From assembly GCA_017305055.1 (NCBI GenBank), contig JAFKMZ010000008.1, forward strand, positions 111,990-175,989: 64,000 nucleotides of DNA, given 5' to 3'. This DNA is from Lysobacterales bacterium. Its GTDB lineage: Bacteria; Pseudomonadota; Gammaproteobacteria; Xanthomonadales; Rhodanobacteraceae. Under the pieces are notes generated by a model. That model ran no database searches, was not told where the DNA came from, and saw only the letters and a program-made list of their open reading frames with translations. Every line of letters starts with the position of its first letter. The stretch's first letter is position 1. Position numbers and translations under genes: made by a program. Shown piece after piece: positions 12,556 to 20,933 of the stretch.

Positions 12556-13614
12556 TCACTTGTGCCGGTGCTGGTGATGAATGTCCGGATAGTGAAGATG
12601 CATGTGCGTCAACGGCGCGTGGGTATGTTCATGCGTATGCGGTTCCCGGCCATCCCAGTCGAAATCGTGCGTGTGTTGGTGGTGTTCATCGTGCACGTGG
12701 CGATGCGTGTGGGTGATCGGCTCATGGGTGTGCAGGTGTTCATGACGTTCGGTCAGGTGCAGCCACACGCCTCCGCCCATCAAAGCGGCAGCCAGCCAGA
12801 ATGTCCACGAGGCATGTTCGCCGAATGCCAGGATCGCGATCGCCGCGCCAATGAATGGTGCGGTGGAGAAATACGCGCCCGTGCGTGCCGACCCCAGTCC
12901 GCGCAGGGCGAGCACGAACAGCACCAGACTGATGCCATAACCCAGTAGTCCTACGAGCATCGCCATGCCCACAAATGGCAGCGCCGGCAGCCGCGCGCCA
13001 AACGCCAGCGCGATGCCGACGTTGACGATGCCCGAAAGCAGGCCTTTCAATCCGGCGATGAACAATGCGTCCGATGCCGACACCTTGCGCGTGAAGTTGT
13101 TGTCCAGCGCCCAGCACAGGCAGGCGCCCGCGATCAGCAACGCGCCCCAGCCCAAGTGCGTACCCTGCGACGAACCAGGCAACGCCAGCAACACCGCACC
13201 GGCCACGATCAGCAGCATCCCGAGCACGATCCGGCGATCGGTGTTCTCGCGGAACACGATCCACGCCAGCACCGCGGTCAGTACCGCTTCGAGGTTCAGC
13301 AGCAGCGAAGCCGTAGCCCCAGGCGTTCGGGTCAACCCCAGCATCAGCGCCAACGGACCGAGCACGCCGCCGAAGCCGATCGCGAGCAGCAACCAGGACC
13401 ACTCCTTTTTTGCCATCGGCGGAGTGCGCCAGCCGCGGTCCCGCGCGATGCGGACCAAGCCCAAGCCGATGCCGCTACCCAAATACAGCAAGCCCGCCAG
13501 CAACACTGGCGACACATCGCGCAGCAACGCCTTGGCCAAAGGTGTGCTGGCACCGAACAGCAGCGCTGCTCCAAGCGCGGGGGCTACTGCAGAAGAAAAG
13601 GTTATACGGCGCAT
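12556..13614 (-). CDS. DMT (EamA-type) transporter with a histidine-rich C-terminal tail
   Basis: Ten hydrophobic helices in two EamA-like halves. By my count the last 67 residues contain 24 His (HLTERHEHLHTHEPITHTHRHVHDEHHQHTH...HHQHRHK). Confidence 0.8.
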   Translation of the reverse strand: MRRITFSSAVAPALGAALLFGASTPLAKALLRDVSPVLLAGLLYLGSGIGLGLVRIARDRGWRTPPMAKKEWSWLLLAIGFGGVLGPLALMLGLTRTPGATASLLLNLEAVLTAVLAWIVFRENTDRRIVLGMLLIVAGAVLLALPGSSQGTHLGWGALLIAGACLCWALDNNFTRKVSASDALFIAGLKGLLSGIVNVGIALAFGARLPALPFVGMAMLVGLLGYGISLVLFVLALRGLGSARTGAYFSTAPFIGAAIAILAFGEHASWTFWLAAALMGGGVWLHLTERHEHLHTHEPITHTHRHVHDEHHQHTHDFDWDGREPHTHEHTHAPLTHMHLHYPDIHHQHRHK

Positions 13615-14545
13615 GCGGGCAGACTAACCCGTTCCGAGCCAGTGGGTTCGATACCACAATGTGCGCTTCTACGTCTGTGAGCGATAACGCGAACGGCGGG
13701 TTAGGGTCGATTGCTGGCCGGTGGCCAGGTCAGGCATCTTGGTCATCTCATCGCGGGATGCTGATCAAGGAAGACCAGTTCCCGTACCCTTGCACCTCGT
13801 AGGCGAAATGCTCTCAAGGTTCGCGCGTCGGCGCAAAGCGCCGTCGGGCTTTCGGGCTGCGCCCCGTGCCGCCTTCGCCGTCAGGCCATTCGGCTTCAAT
13901 CTCTCACGCCTTCGCGCCTGCGGCGCTGCGCACTCCGCTTGCCTCCAAGGGAAAGCCCGGGGGCTATCCCTGCCGCGCATAGCTTGGCACCCCTCCGCAT
14001 GGGGCAGGGCGTGGGCGAACACGCTGGCGCTTGCTGCGGCAGGTTGTGCGGATGCGTGCCGTTCCCGACGCTGGCGGTTTGCCGCCTAGTCGTCACGAAG
14101 GACGGTCCACCGACACACCCGCCCGACCTCGCTTATGGAGCTTCCATGCCACGCCTCAAGCACGTCGCCACAAGTTACGGGCAAGGGCGTTCTCGCCTGT
14201 CGTTGGAGCGTGGGCCTTGCTCGCGTCAGGGCGCATGCCGGTGCAGCCGTCATGTGGAGATGCCGAGTCGGCCATCCCTCCGTTCGGGACAGACGGCCCG
14301 TGCGTCCTTGGCTTGTCGTGAATCCTGGCGGGGGCGCGGCTGCGCCTTGGGCTTCATGGCCGCAACCTTCCAGCGAAAACAATTTCCCCGCCGCTATGCG
14401 GCTCCTCGCGGGACAAATTCTTTTTCGCCTCCAGGTTCTCCACTGCGTTGCGACCGCAAGCGGTGCGGCCCGCCCATCCCCCACCGGTCGGATCACAACA
14501 AGGACGCACTGGCGCGACCTTGGTTCACCGAAAGGAGAAAACATC

Positions 14546-14860
14546 ATGGCCAACATCGGTACCTTCACCGCAGACAAAGACGGCTTCACCGGCACGCTTC
14601 GTACCCTGACGCTCAACGCCAAGGCCAAGCTGGTTCCCAACGACAAGGGCAACAGCGAGAACGCCCCCGACTTCCGCCTTCAGGCGGCCGGCCACGACGT
14701 CGGCGCGGCGTGGAAGAAGACCAGCGAGGCCGGGCGGGATTACCTGTCCGTGACCCTCGACGATCCTTCGTTCCCGGCGACGGTCTATGCCCGCCTGGTC
14801 GAAGGCGAGAACGGCACGCATGACCTGATCTGGTCGCGCAGCAAGCCGCAGGCGGCCTGA
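14546..14860 (+). CDS. DUF736 domain protein (ICE/plasmid-associated)
   Basis: [45 protein letters not shown]... matches the typical DUF736 N-terminus. There is an RBS (aaaggagaaaacatcATG). The longer ORF from 14135 is read-through of GC-rich non-coding DNA. Confidence 0.85.
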   Translation: MANIGTFTADKDGFTGTLRTLTLNAKAKLVPNDKGNSENAPDFRLQAAGHDVGAAWKKTSEAGRDYLSVTLDDPSFPATVYARLVEGENGTHDLIWSRSKPQAA

Positions 14861-14913
14861 CGGCCACCCACTGCGCCCCGCCCATTGCGGCGGGGCGCTC
14901 CCTACCGGCCAGC

Positions 14914-15231
14914 TTAGGTCTCCGCTGCCGCGAGCTGTCGTTCCGCTTCGGCCATCACCACCGTCGTGCTGCATTCGAGCGCGTCGGCGATCTTGAAAAT
15001 GATCGCCAGTGTCGGCATGTGCTCGCCGCGCTCGACCTTGCCCATATGGGAGCGCTCGATGCTGGCGAGGTTTGCCAGCGATTCCTGCGAGATCCCGCGT
15101 TCCGCTCGCAGCGCGCGCACCGCCGTGCCGAAGGCTCGCGCCAGCTCGGCATCGAAGGTGGTGGCGCCGGCCGGTCGCCCGGGGCGGACGGATCGCTTCT
15201 GCATGGACAGAAGCGTCCGGTCGCGAGACAA
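14914..15231 (-). CDS. XRE-family helix-turn-helix transcriptional regulator
   Basis: HTH_3 core: LRAERGISQESLANLASIERSHMGKVERGEHMPTLAIIFKIADAL. It is divergent from the DUF2958 gene. The start may be MQKRS at 15204. Confidence 0.8.
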   Translation of the reverse strand: MSRDRTLLSMQKRSVRPGRPAGATTFDAELARAFGTAVRALRAERGISQESLANLASIERSHMGKVERGEHMPTLAIIFKIADALECSTTVVMAEAERQLAAAET

Positions 15232-15255
15232 TTAAAACCACGTTATGTTTAACTC

Positions 15256-15271
15256 ATAAGCAGCTACTTAT
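15256..15271. promoter_or_regulatory. Imperfect 16-bp palindrome ATAAGCAGCTACTTAT in an AT-rich divergent promoter region (candidate XRE operator)
   Basis: Read directly. The 5-bp arms ATAAG/CTTAT are perfect and the inner positions have 2 mismatches. It lies 25 nt upstream of the XRE ORF start. Confidence 0.3.
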
Positions 15272-15403
15272 CCGCTTTCATGCATTTAAGGGTTCCGTAT
15301 CGGCGGATGCCAGTGGAACCGGAGAACCGGATTCATGTCTTATCTGGCCCGCACAATGGTGCCTTCGTGCTTCCGTACAGACGCGGATTCGGCGCCTTGC
15401 GCC

Positions 15404-15429
15404 TTTGTGCTTCCACATGGAAGCACAAA
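15404..15429. repeat. 26-bp palindrome TTTGTGCTTCCA-CA-TGGAAGCACAAA (12-bp perfect arms)
   Basis: Read directly. It lies about 70 nt upstream of the DUF2958 start codon. A partial half-site, GTGCTTCC, occurs about 40 nt upstream (15367-15374). Confidence 0.6.
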
Positions 15430-15501
15430 GCCGATTTCGCCATTCCGCGCTTCGATGCAAAAGCGCTTCCGGGCACGCCCAGTGTCGCGAGATTCCAAGT
15501 C

Positions 15502-15852
15502 ATGGCGCAGCCGCTGACCACAGCCGACGAACGCGCACAACTGCTCACGAATGGCACGGCGCGCGCTTCCGGCCAAGGCATTGACCCGCTGCCAGTGGTG
15601 CGGCTGTTCACGCCAGACGCGCATGCGACGTGGCTGCTGGCGGCGCTCGATCCCGCTGACGGCGACACTACCTGGGGTCTCATCGATCTGGGCATCGGCA
15701 TGCCAGTGCTTGGAACGGTCAAGCTGTCCGACCTGGCCAGCATTGTCGGCCCACGCGGGCAGCCGGTGATGCGAGACCGCTACTTCAGCCCCGCACGCAC
15801 GTTGTCGGAATACGCTCGACTGGCGCAGCGCGACGGTTCCATCGCCGATTGA
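15502..15852 (+). CDS. DUF2958 domain protein (ICE-associated)
   Basis: MAQPLTTADERAQLLTNG...DPLPVVRLFTPDAHATWLLAALDPADGDTTWGLIDLGIGMPVLGTVKLSDL is the typical DUF2958 core. Confidence 0.8.
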   Translation: MAQPLTTADERAQLLTNGTARASGQGIDPLPVVRLFTPDAHATWLLAALDPADGDTTWGLIDLGIGMPVLGTVKLSDLASIVGPRGQPVMRDRYFSPARTLSEYARLAQRDGSIAD

Positions 15853-16166
15853 ATGCCATCGACTGTGCCTTTTTTGGTCTGGTGCTATGCCGGGCGGGTC
15901 TCAATCGCCACTCTTGCGCCGAACTGGCGCGCGCCTGACCGAGAAAGACATGATGCGTGGCGCGGTTTGAGGCACGGTATTCAATGCTGCGCCCGTTTTC
16001 GAGTCGCGCAGTCGCTGCATTCGGACGTCTCGCACAAGGCTTCGGAGTCAATCGGTCTTGACTACCCACCAGCTTATTCCATCGTCGATGACGACATGCC
16101 GATGATGCCGTAGCCCCGTAGTTTCGATGCCCGTGGCGGCGCTCCCGTTGCACAGGAGGTCGCATC

Positions 16167-16922
16167 ATGGCCGATCGAAGTCGCTATGCCTGGCGTCCGA
16201 CTGCCGCGTATCTGTACGTGCTGCACTTGGACCGCCCGGCGCTTGCCTGGGAGTATCTGCGCCGCAATCCCGACTACCGGCGCGACTGGCTGCGCCGTCG
16301 CAACCAGCCAGAATCGGCGCATGTATGGAGCTTGCGCCTGCTGGAGGACCCGGCGCTGGATGCGCGTGACGCACACCCGGCCTGGTTTCCCGATCACGAC
16401 GGCGTGCTTCAGCTCTACCCGGACGCCGATCCGCCGCCACAGGCCCATGCCTTCGAGTTTTGGCGCATTCCCGGCCGCAAGCACTTGGTCCACGATGGCA
16501 AGCGCCTGCTGTTGACGGCCCGTTGGCCGGGCTGCTGCGTGCGGCTCGCGCTGACGCCCGACTTGACCGATGGCATGGCCTACACGTACGCCGTCCGCGC
16601 GTGCGCCGCGCCCTGCGCCCGCTATCGCGTGCTCACGGAGGAGCTGGACAAGCTGGCGGTGGCCGCCGGCGCTGAACCCGTCGCAGCCGTCCGCGCACGG
16701 CCTGCGCCGGCGGCGCTGCTGGAGCTGCACACCCTGCAGGCGCTGGACGCGGCACTCGCGGGTGCGTCCTTGCGCGAGACGGCGGGCGGGCTGTTTGATG
16801 CTGACGTCGTGGCCACCGGTTGGTATGCCGATGGCGGACTGCGCTCGCGCGTGCGCCGACTGGTGCGCCGTGGTCAATCGCTGATGCGCGGCGGCTACCG
16901 CCGACTGGCACAGCTCGATTGA
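16167..16922 (+). CDS. DUF6499/DUF2285 domain protein (FseA-like candidate ICE transfer regulator)
   Basis: The N-terminal is W..TAAYLYVLHLDRPALAWEYLRRNPDYRRDW (DUF6499-type) and the C-terminal is DUF2285-like. It sits at the conserved position upstream of the HTH and repA genes. Confidence 0.75.
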   Translation: MADRSRYAWRPTAAYLYVLHLDRPALAWEYLRRNPDYRRDWLRRRNQPESAHVWSLRLLEDPALDARDAHPAWFPDHDGVLQLYPDADPPPQAHAFEFWRIPGRKHLVHDGKRLLLTARWPGCCVRLALTPDLTDGMAYTYAVRACAAPCARYRVLTEELDKLAVAAGAEPVAAVRARPAPAALLELHTLQALDAALAGASLRETAGGLFDADVVATGWYADGGLRSRVRRLVRRGQSLMRGGYRRLAQLD

Positions 16923-17032
16923 TCTGGGGAGGGCCGTTTTGCCCGCAACGCAAAACGACCCTCTGCGCAACGCGCCACCTTCCCGAGACTGTCTCCATCC
17001 GGCCGCGCTTGTGCAGTCGACGTTCCTGACCG

Positions 17033-17332
17033 ATGGAGGCTCACCCCATGCGCCCCGCTCCCTTGCGGCCTGCTGCGGTACCCGCGGCCCCGCCGCCTGC
17101 GCAACCCCAGCGCTATCTGACCAACGACGAAGCCGCCGGATACCTGCGGCTGTCGCCGCGCACGCTCGAAAAGCAGCGCGTGATTGGCGGCGGCCCGAAG
17201 TTCCGTAAGTTCGGTCGACGCGTCATGTACGCCGTAGCCGACCTCGACGTCTGGGCCGCCGACCGCAGTTTCGAGACGACTTCCGACCCCGAATACGCCG
17301 AGCAACACTCGGCTGACAGCCGTGCGCGCTGA
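17033..17332 (+). CDS. Helix-turn-helix (MerR/excisionase-type HTH_17) DNA-binding protein
   Basis: YLTNDEAAGYLRLSPRTLEKQRVIGGGPKFRKFGRRVMYAVADLDVWA is the classic HTH_17 motif. Confidence 0.75.
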   Translation: MEAHPMRPAPLRPAAVPAAPPPAQPQRYLTNDEAAGYLRLSPRTLEKQRVIGGGPKFRKFGRRVMYAVADLDVWAADRSFETTSDPEYAEQHSADSRAR

Positions 17333-17358
17333 TTGGCGGCGCGCGGCAGACCATCGCC

Positions 17359-18201
17359 ATGTCCAGCACCGCGCTGCCGTCCCGGCAGCGGTCGTTGCAA
17401 GAGCGCGAACAGCTCGACTTGTTCCGCGCCTTGCCCGGCGACATGGCGCCGCGCGACAGCCAGGATTTGATGGCGTACCCGTTCTTCTCGCTGGCCAAAT
17501 CCAGGCGGGTCAAGCCCATCAACTTCCGAGCGGGCAACGTGACGATCCGCGTGGCTGGCACGGCCGAGCACGGCATCGCCACCATTTGGGATGCGGACAT
17601 CCTGATCTGGGCCGCCAGCCAGATCGTGGAGGCGCAGGATGCGGGCCTGCGGCCCTCGCGGCTGATGCGTGCTACGCCATACGAGATCCTGCGCTTCATC
17701 GGGCGCGGCACCGGCTCACGCGACTACCAGCGCCTCAAGGCAGCACTCGATCGGCTGCAATCGACCACGGTGGCCACCTCCATACGCGGGACGGCCGGGC
17801 GGCGGCTGCACCGTTTTTCGTGGATCAACGAATGGAAGGAGTTGGCCGATGCCAGCGGCACGCCGCCGGGCATCGAACTGATCCTGCCCGACTGGTTCTA
17901 TGCGGGCGTGCTCGACGCCGCCCTGGTGCTGACCATCGACCCGGCGTATTTCCGGCTCACGGGCGGCATCGAACGCTGGCTGTATCGCCTGGTGCGCAAG
18001 CACGGCGGCAAGCAGGCATACGGCTGGCAGTTCGACTTCCGCTACCTGCACCAGAAATCGGGCAGTACCGCCAAGCCCTACGACTTCGCCTGCGACCTGC
18101 GCGCGCTGGTCGCGCGCCAGTCGCTGCCCGGCTACGTCCTGGGCATCGAGCGGATGCCGGAGACCGGCATGGAATGGCTGACGTTCCGGCCCGTGCCGTA
18201 A
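17359..18201 (+). CDS. repA: Replication initiator protein A (RPA family)
   Basis: Contains the DLMAYPFFSLAKSRRVKPINF motif near the N-terminus and has the right length, and it sits upstream of iterons and parA. Confidence 0.8.
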   Translation: MSSTALPSRQRSLQEREQLDLFRALPGDMAPRDSQDLMAYPFFSLAKSRRVKPINFRAGNVTIRVAGTAEHGIATIWDADILIWAASQIVEAQDAGLRPSRLMRATPYEILRFIGRGTGSRDYQRLKAALDRLQSTTVATSIRGTAGRRLHRFSWINEWKELADASGTPPGIELILPDWFYAGVLDAALVLTIDPAYFRLTGGIERWLYRLVRKHGGKQAYGWQFDFRYLHQKSGSTAKPYDFACDLRALVARQSLPGYVLGIERMPETGMEWLTFRPVP

Positions 18202-18240
18202 ACGGCACGGGGACAACTCCGGGAAAACCGGTGCACGGTG

Positions 18241-18304
18241 TCGTGCTATCAGGCGTGCCGGGTATCGTGCTATCAGGCGTGGGACTATCGTGCTATCAGG
18301 CGTG
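18241..18304. repeat. Three direct 17-bp repeats TCGTGCTATCAGGCGTG (iteron-like)
   Basis: Copies start at 18241, 18265 and 18288 (spacing 24 and 23 bp). They lie between the repA stop and the parA start. Confidence 0.85.
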
Positions 18305-18347
18305 CGAAATCGCTGGAAAACCAGCAACGGCGCGGGCTTCGGCGTCC

Positions 18348-18382
18348 CTTAACTTATCTAACTTAAATTCTCTAACTTTTGG
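18348..18382. promoter_or_regulatory. AT-rich tract with three TAACTT repeats (candidate DNA-unwinding element or parA promoter)
   Basis: CTTAACTTATCTAACTTAAATTCTCTAACTTTTGG stands out in otherwise GC-rich DNA, about 45 nt after the iterons. Confidence 0.4.
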
Positions 18383-18469
18383 TAGAGAAGCGCCGCTGCG
18401 GTGGACAACCGCCACGCGGCCACAAACGCAGCAGCAAAAGCCCGGCTTTCCAGCATGGAGGGCCAGGCC

Positions 18470-19108
18470 ATGATCGTCGCGCTGCTCAACCAGAAAGGCG
18501 GCGTCGGCAAGACCACGCTCGCCACGCACATCGCCGGAGAACTGGCGATGCGCGGCCAGCATGTCGTGCTGCTGGATGCTGACCCGCAGGGTTCATCGCT
18601 GGATTGGACGCAGCGCCGAAGCCAGCAAGGCTTGCCGCGGCTGTTCAGCGCCGTGGGCCTCGCACGCGAAACGCTGCATCAGGAAGCGCCGGAACTCGCC
18701 AGACGGGCCGATCACGTCGTCATCGACGGCCCGCCGCGCATCGCGGCGCTGGCGCGCTCCGCGCTGCTGGCGGCCGAGCGGGTGCTGATTCCGGTGCAGC
18801 CCAGCCCCTACGACCTGTGGGCCAGCGCCGAGATGGTGGCGCTGATCCGCGAGGCGCAAGTCTTTCGACCGGCGTTGCGCGCGGCCTTCGTCATCAACCG
18901 GCGTGTCAGTACCACCGTGATCGGGCGCGAAGCGCGCCAGGCGCTCGCTGACCAGCCGCTTCCTGCGCTGCGCGCGGAAGTGCATCAGCGCATCGTGTTC
19001 GCCGACGTCGTGGCCGCTGGCCGGCTTGCACGCGAGACGGCGCCCGACAGCGCCGCCGCCCGCGAAATCACCGCCCTGGTGGACGAACTGCTGCGGTGGC
19101 CGACATGA
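18470..19108 (+). CDS. parA: ParA-family partition ATPase
   Basis: MIVALLNQKGGVGKTTLATHIA is a deviant Walker A, and the length is about 212 aa. Confidence 0.9.
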   Translation: MIVALLNQKGGVGKTTLATHIAGELAMRGQHVVLLDADPQGSSLDWTQRRSQQGLPRLFSAVGLARETLHQEAPELARRADHVVIDGPPRIAALARSALLAAERVLIPVQPSPYDLWASAEMVALIREAQVFRPALRAAFVINRRVSTTVIGREARQALADQPLPALRAEVHQRIVFADVVAAGRLARETAPDSAAAREITALVDELLRWPT

Positions 19109-19377
19109 CAACGAAGTCGTCCACACGAGCCAAGCGCATCGGCATCGGCACACGTCCGCCCGCGAATCCTCACGCAGAAGCGTGGATTCGGCAGGGCGAT
19201 GCCGAGGCCCTGAGCAAAGGCGATCTCTACACCGCGCGCCTCACTCTCGACGTCACGCCCGCACTGCGGGCGCGCATCAAGGTGTCGGCCTTCACGCAGG
19301 GCATGACCGTGGCCAACCTGCTGCGCGGGATGCTGGAGCGGGAGTTTCCAGAGCACCGCGGGGAGAACACGCCATGA
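19105..19377 (+). CDS. Ribbon-helix-helix partition/centromere-binding-like protein (ParG/ParB-like small protein)
   Basis: An ATGA overlap with the parA stop. The C-terminal RLTLDVTPALRARIKVSAFTQGMTVANLLRGMLE looks like an RHH fold. Confidence 0.6.
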   Translation: MTTKSSTRAKRIGIGTRPPANPHAEAWIRQGDAEALSKGDLYTARLTLDVTPALRARIKVSAFTQGMTVANLLRGMLEREFPEHRGENTP

Positions 19378-19907
19378 CTGCATCCGCTTCGCCTGCCGCC
19401 GTCGCGGCGACGGCTGGGCTCGCAACACCTTCCGGCCAGTCCGCCAGCGCGCCGCTGACGCGCGTGGCGCTGGCCTATATCGACCAGCGTTTCAAGCTCT
19501 ATCTGCGCTTCGGCGAGCCGGCACGCATCATCCGGCTCGACCGCTGGCGGCGCTGCGCCGTGTTCCTGCCGAACGCGGTGTTCTGCCGCATCCGCTGGCA
19601 GGCCAACGACTACGGCACCGTACGCTGGCAGCTCATGGTCATGCAGGCTTGCACACCTCTCGATGCGGCGCAGCGCATCCCCGGCGTGCAGCCGGGTGCA
19701 CGCCTGCTGCTGCACGCCGAAGGCGACAAGACCGTGCGCGCCGTGCTGGAACGCATAGATGCCATCGAGGCCCGGGGCATCGCACCGCCCGGTACTTCGC
19801 CCGCGTACTGGCGCACGCTCGCCAATCGGTTCGCCGCGCACCTGCCGCTGCCCGAATACACCGTCGAGCGGCACGCGGCCTGGCTGATGGGAAGGGTGCT
19901 GCCATGA
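19374..19907 (+). CDS. DUF2840 domain protein (ICE-associated)
   Basis: It has the conserved position after parA and the RHH gene, and the motif block RIRWQANDYGTVRWQLMVMQ. Its start overlaps the upstream stop. Confidence 0.7.
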   Translation: MTASASPAAVAATAGLATPSGQSASAPLTRVALAYIDQRFKLYLRFGEPARIIRLDRWRRCAVFLPNAVFCRIRWQANDYGTVRWQLMVMQACTPLDAAQRIPGVQPGARLLLHAEGDKTVRAVLERIDAIEARGIAPPGTSPAYWRTLANRFAAHLPLPEYTVERHAAWLMGRVLP

Positions 19908-20485
19908 CCACCGTCCCCACTGCCGTCATCCCGCCGGGTTTGCGCCGGCGCGTTCGCTTCGCATGGATGGCACTGTTCGTCTGCGGCTTCGTTGCGCTGG
20001 CCTGGGTGTCCTTCGTCCCACCGTTGCCGCGCGTCATCTACAACCCGACCGACAGTGAGCCGGTGGGCTGGTATGGCGTCGATCCGTTCAACTGGCTGGC
20101 CAATCCACGGCGCCGTGCGCCGCACTTGGGCAGCATCGTGCTGGCCCACCTGCCGGCGCGGGCCGCGCTGCTTGCTGCCCGGCGCGACTACTTGCCGCTG
20201 ACCGTTCCGCTGCTCAAGCGCGTGGGGGCCGTCGCGCCACAGCGGGTATGCATCGTCGGGCGCAGCGTGCGCATCGACGGCGTGCCCGTGGCCACCGTGC
20301 TGGCCACCGATCATTTGGGCCGGCCTCTGCCATCCTGGCGACAGTGCCGACAGTTGCGGCCAGGCGAATTGTTCCTGCTCAGTGCGACCAATCCGGCCTC
20401 GTTCGACAGCCGGTATTTCGGGCCGGTGGCCGCATCCGCCGTGATCGGCGTCGCGCATCCACTCTGGCTGGAGGACCGCCCATGA
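19904..20485 (+). CDS. traF: S26-family signal peptidase, conjugative TraF-like
   Basis: An N-terminal TM segment followed by IYNPTDSEPVGWY (catalytic Ser context). The C-terminal contains SFDSRYFGPV, typical of TraF/S26 peptidases. Confidence 0.8.
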   Translation: MTTVPTAVIPPGLRRRVRFAWMALFVCGFVALAWVSFVPPLPRVIYNPTDSEPVGWYGVDPFNWLANPRRRAPHLGSIVLAHLPARAALLAARRDYLPLTVPLLKRVGAVAPQRVCIVGRSVRIDGVPVATVLATDHLGRPLPSWRQCRQLRPGELFLLSATNPASFDSRYFGPVAASAVIGVAHPLWLEDRP

Positions 20486-20933
20486 TGGCTGTCGATTCGC
20501 TGCACGTTGCCGTGCATCTCATCGTGCCATTGGGCGTGTCGTTCCGGCGGCCGTCGCCGTGTCGTCGCGCGTGCAGTGCGGGTGCATACGCACCGCGCTT
20601 CGCGCTGTCTCCGGCGCAGCCGTCCACCGTGCAGGCGTCTTGCCTCGAACGCGCCCGGCCTATGGCCGTCGCAGCGTTCGCCGGCGCGCTGGCTGCTCGC
20701 GCCGCAGTGCCGCCGGGCCGCCAGCGCCCGGAGCGAGAGCGAAGGGCAAAGGCGGAAGGCAAGACAAAAGGACGCGGCACCGGGCCGCGTGGAAAGCCGG
20801 TCTGCACGTGGGGGTGGCGCGGCACGCAGCGGCTTCGCCTCCGTGCCGCTTGTGACGCGTGGGCCGCGCCAAGACAGGGCTGCCCGCGTGCTTCGCGCGC
20901 CGGGGCACGCCGCAGCTCTCCTTCGAAGCAGCC

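Noticed and set aside
13609-13668. A tRNA-like pattern: GTGGGTTCGATACCAC (a T-arm look-alike at 13642-13657) plus an anticodon-like hairpin CGGG-CAGACTAA-CCCG and a short closing stem GCGCA/TGCGC.
   Set aside because: The T stem is only 4 bp with an 8-nt loop. The anticodon-like loop is 8 nt and there is no D-arm. The 5' part overlaps the DMT transporter start codon. It does not match the tRNA-Leu 3' end at the ICE right junction, so it is not a convincing att repeat. It might instead be 5'-UTR structure of the DMT mRNA, but I cannot support that.
13939-14823. A 294-aa plus-strand ORF spanning the non-coding gap and the DUF736 gene.
   Set aside because: It is in a different frame from the well-supported DUF736 CDS. 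Its composition is Arg/Pro/Gly-rich with no motifs. It is a GC artefact.
20816-20870. Nested 8-bp GC-rich inverted repeats, considered as a specific nic-site hairpin.
   Set aside because: Inverted repeats of 8 bp made only of G and C are expected by chance at this GC content, and I recognised no nic consensus. It is kept only as part of the broader oriT-candidate finding.
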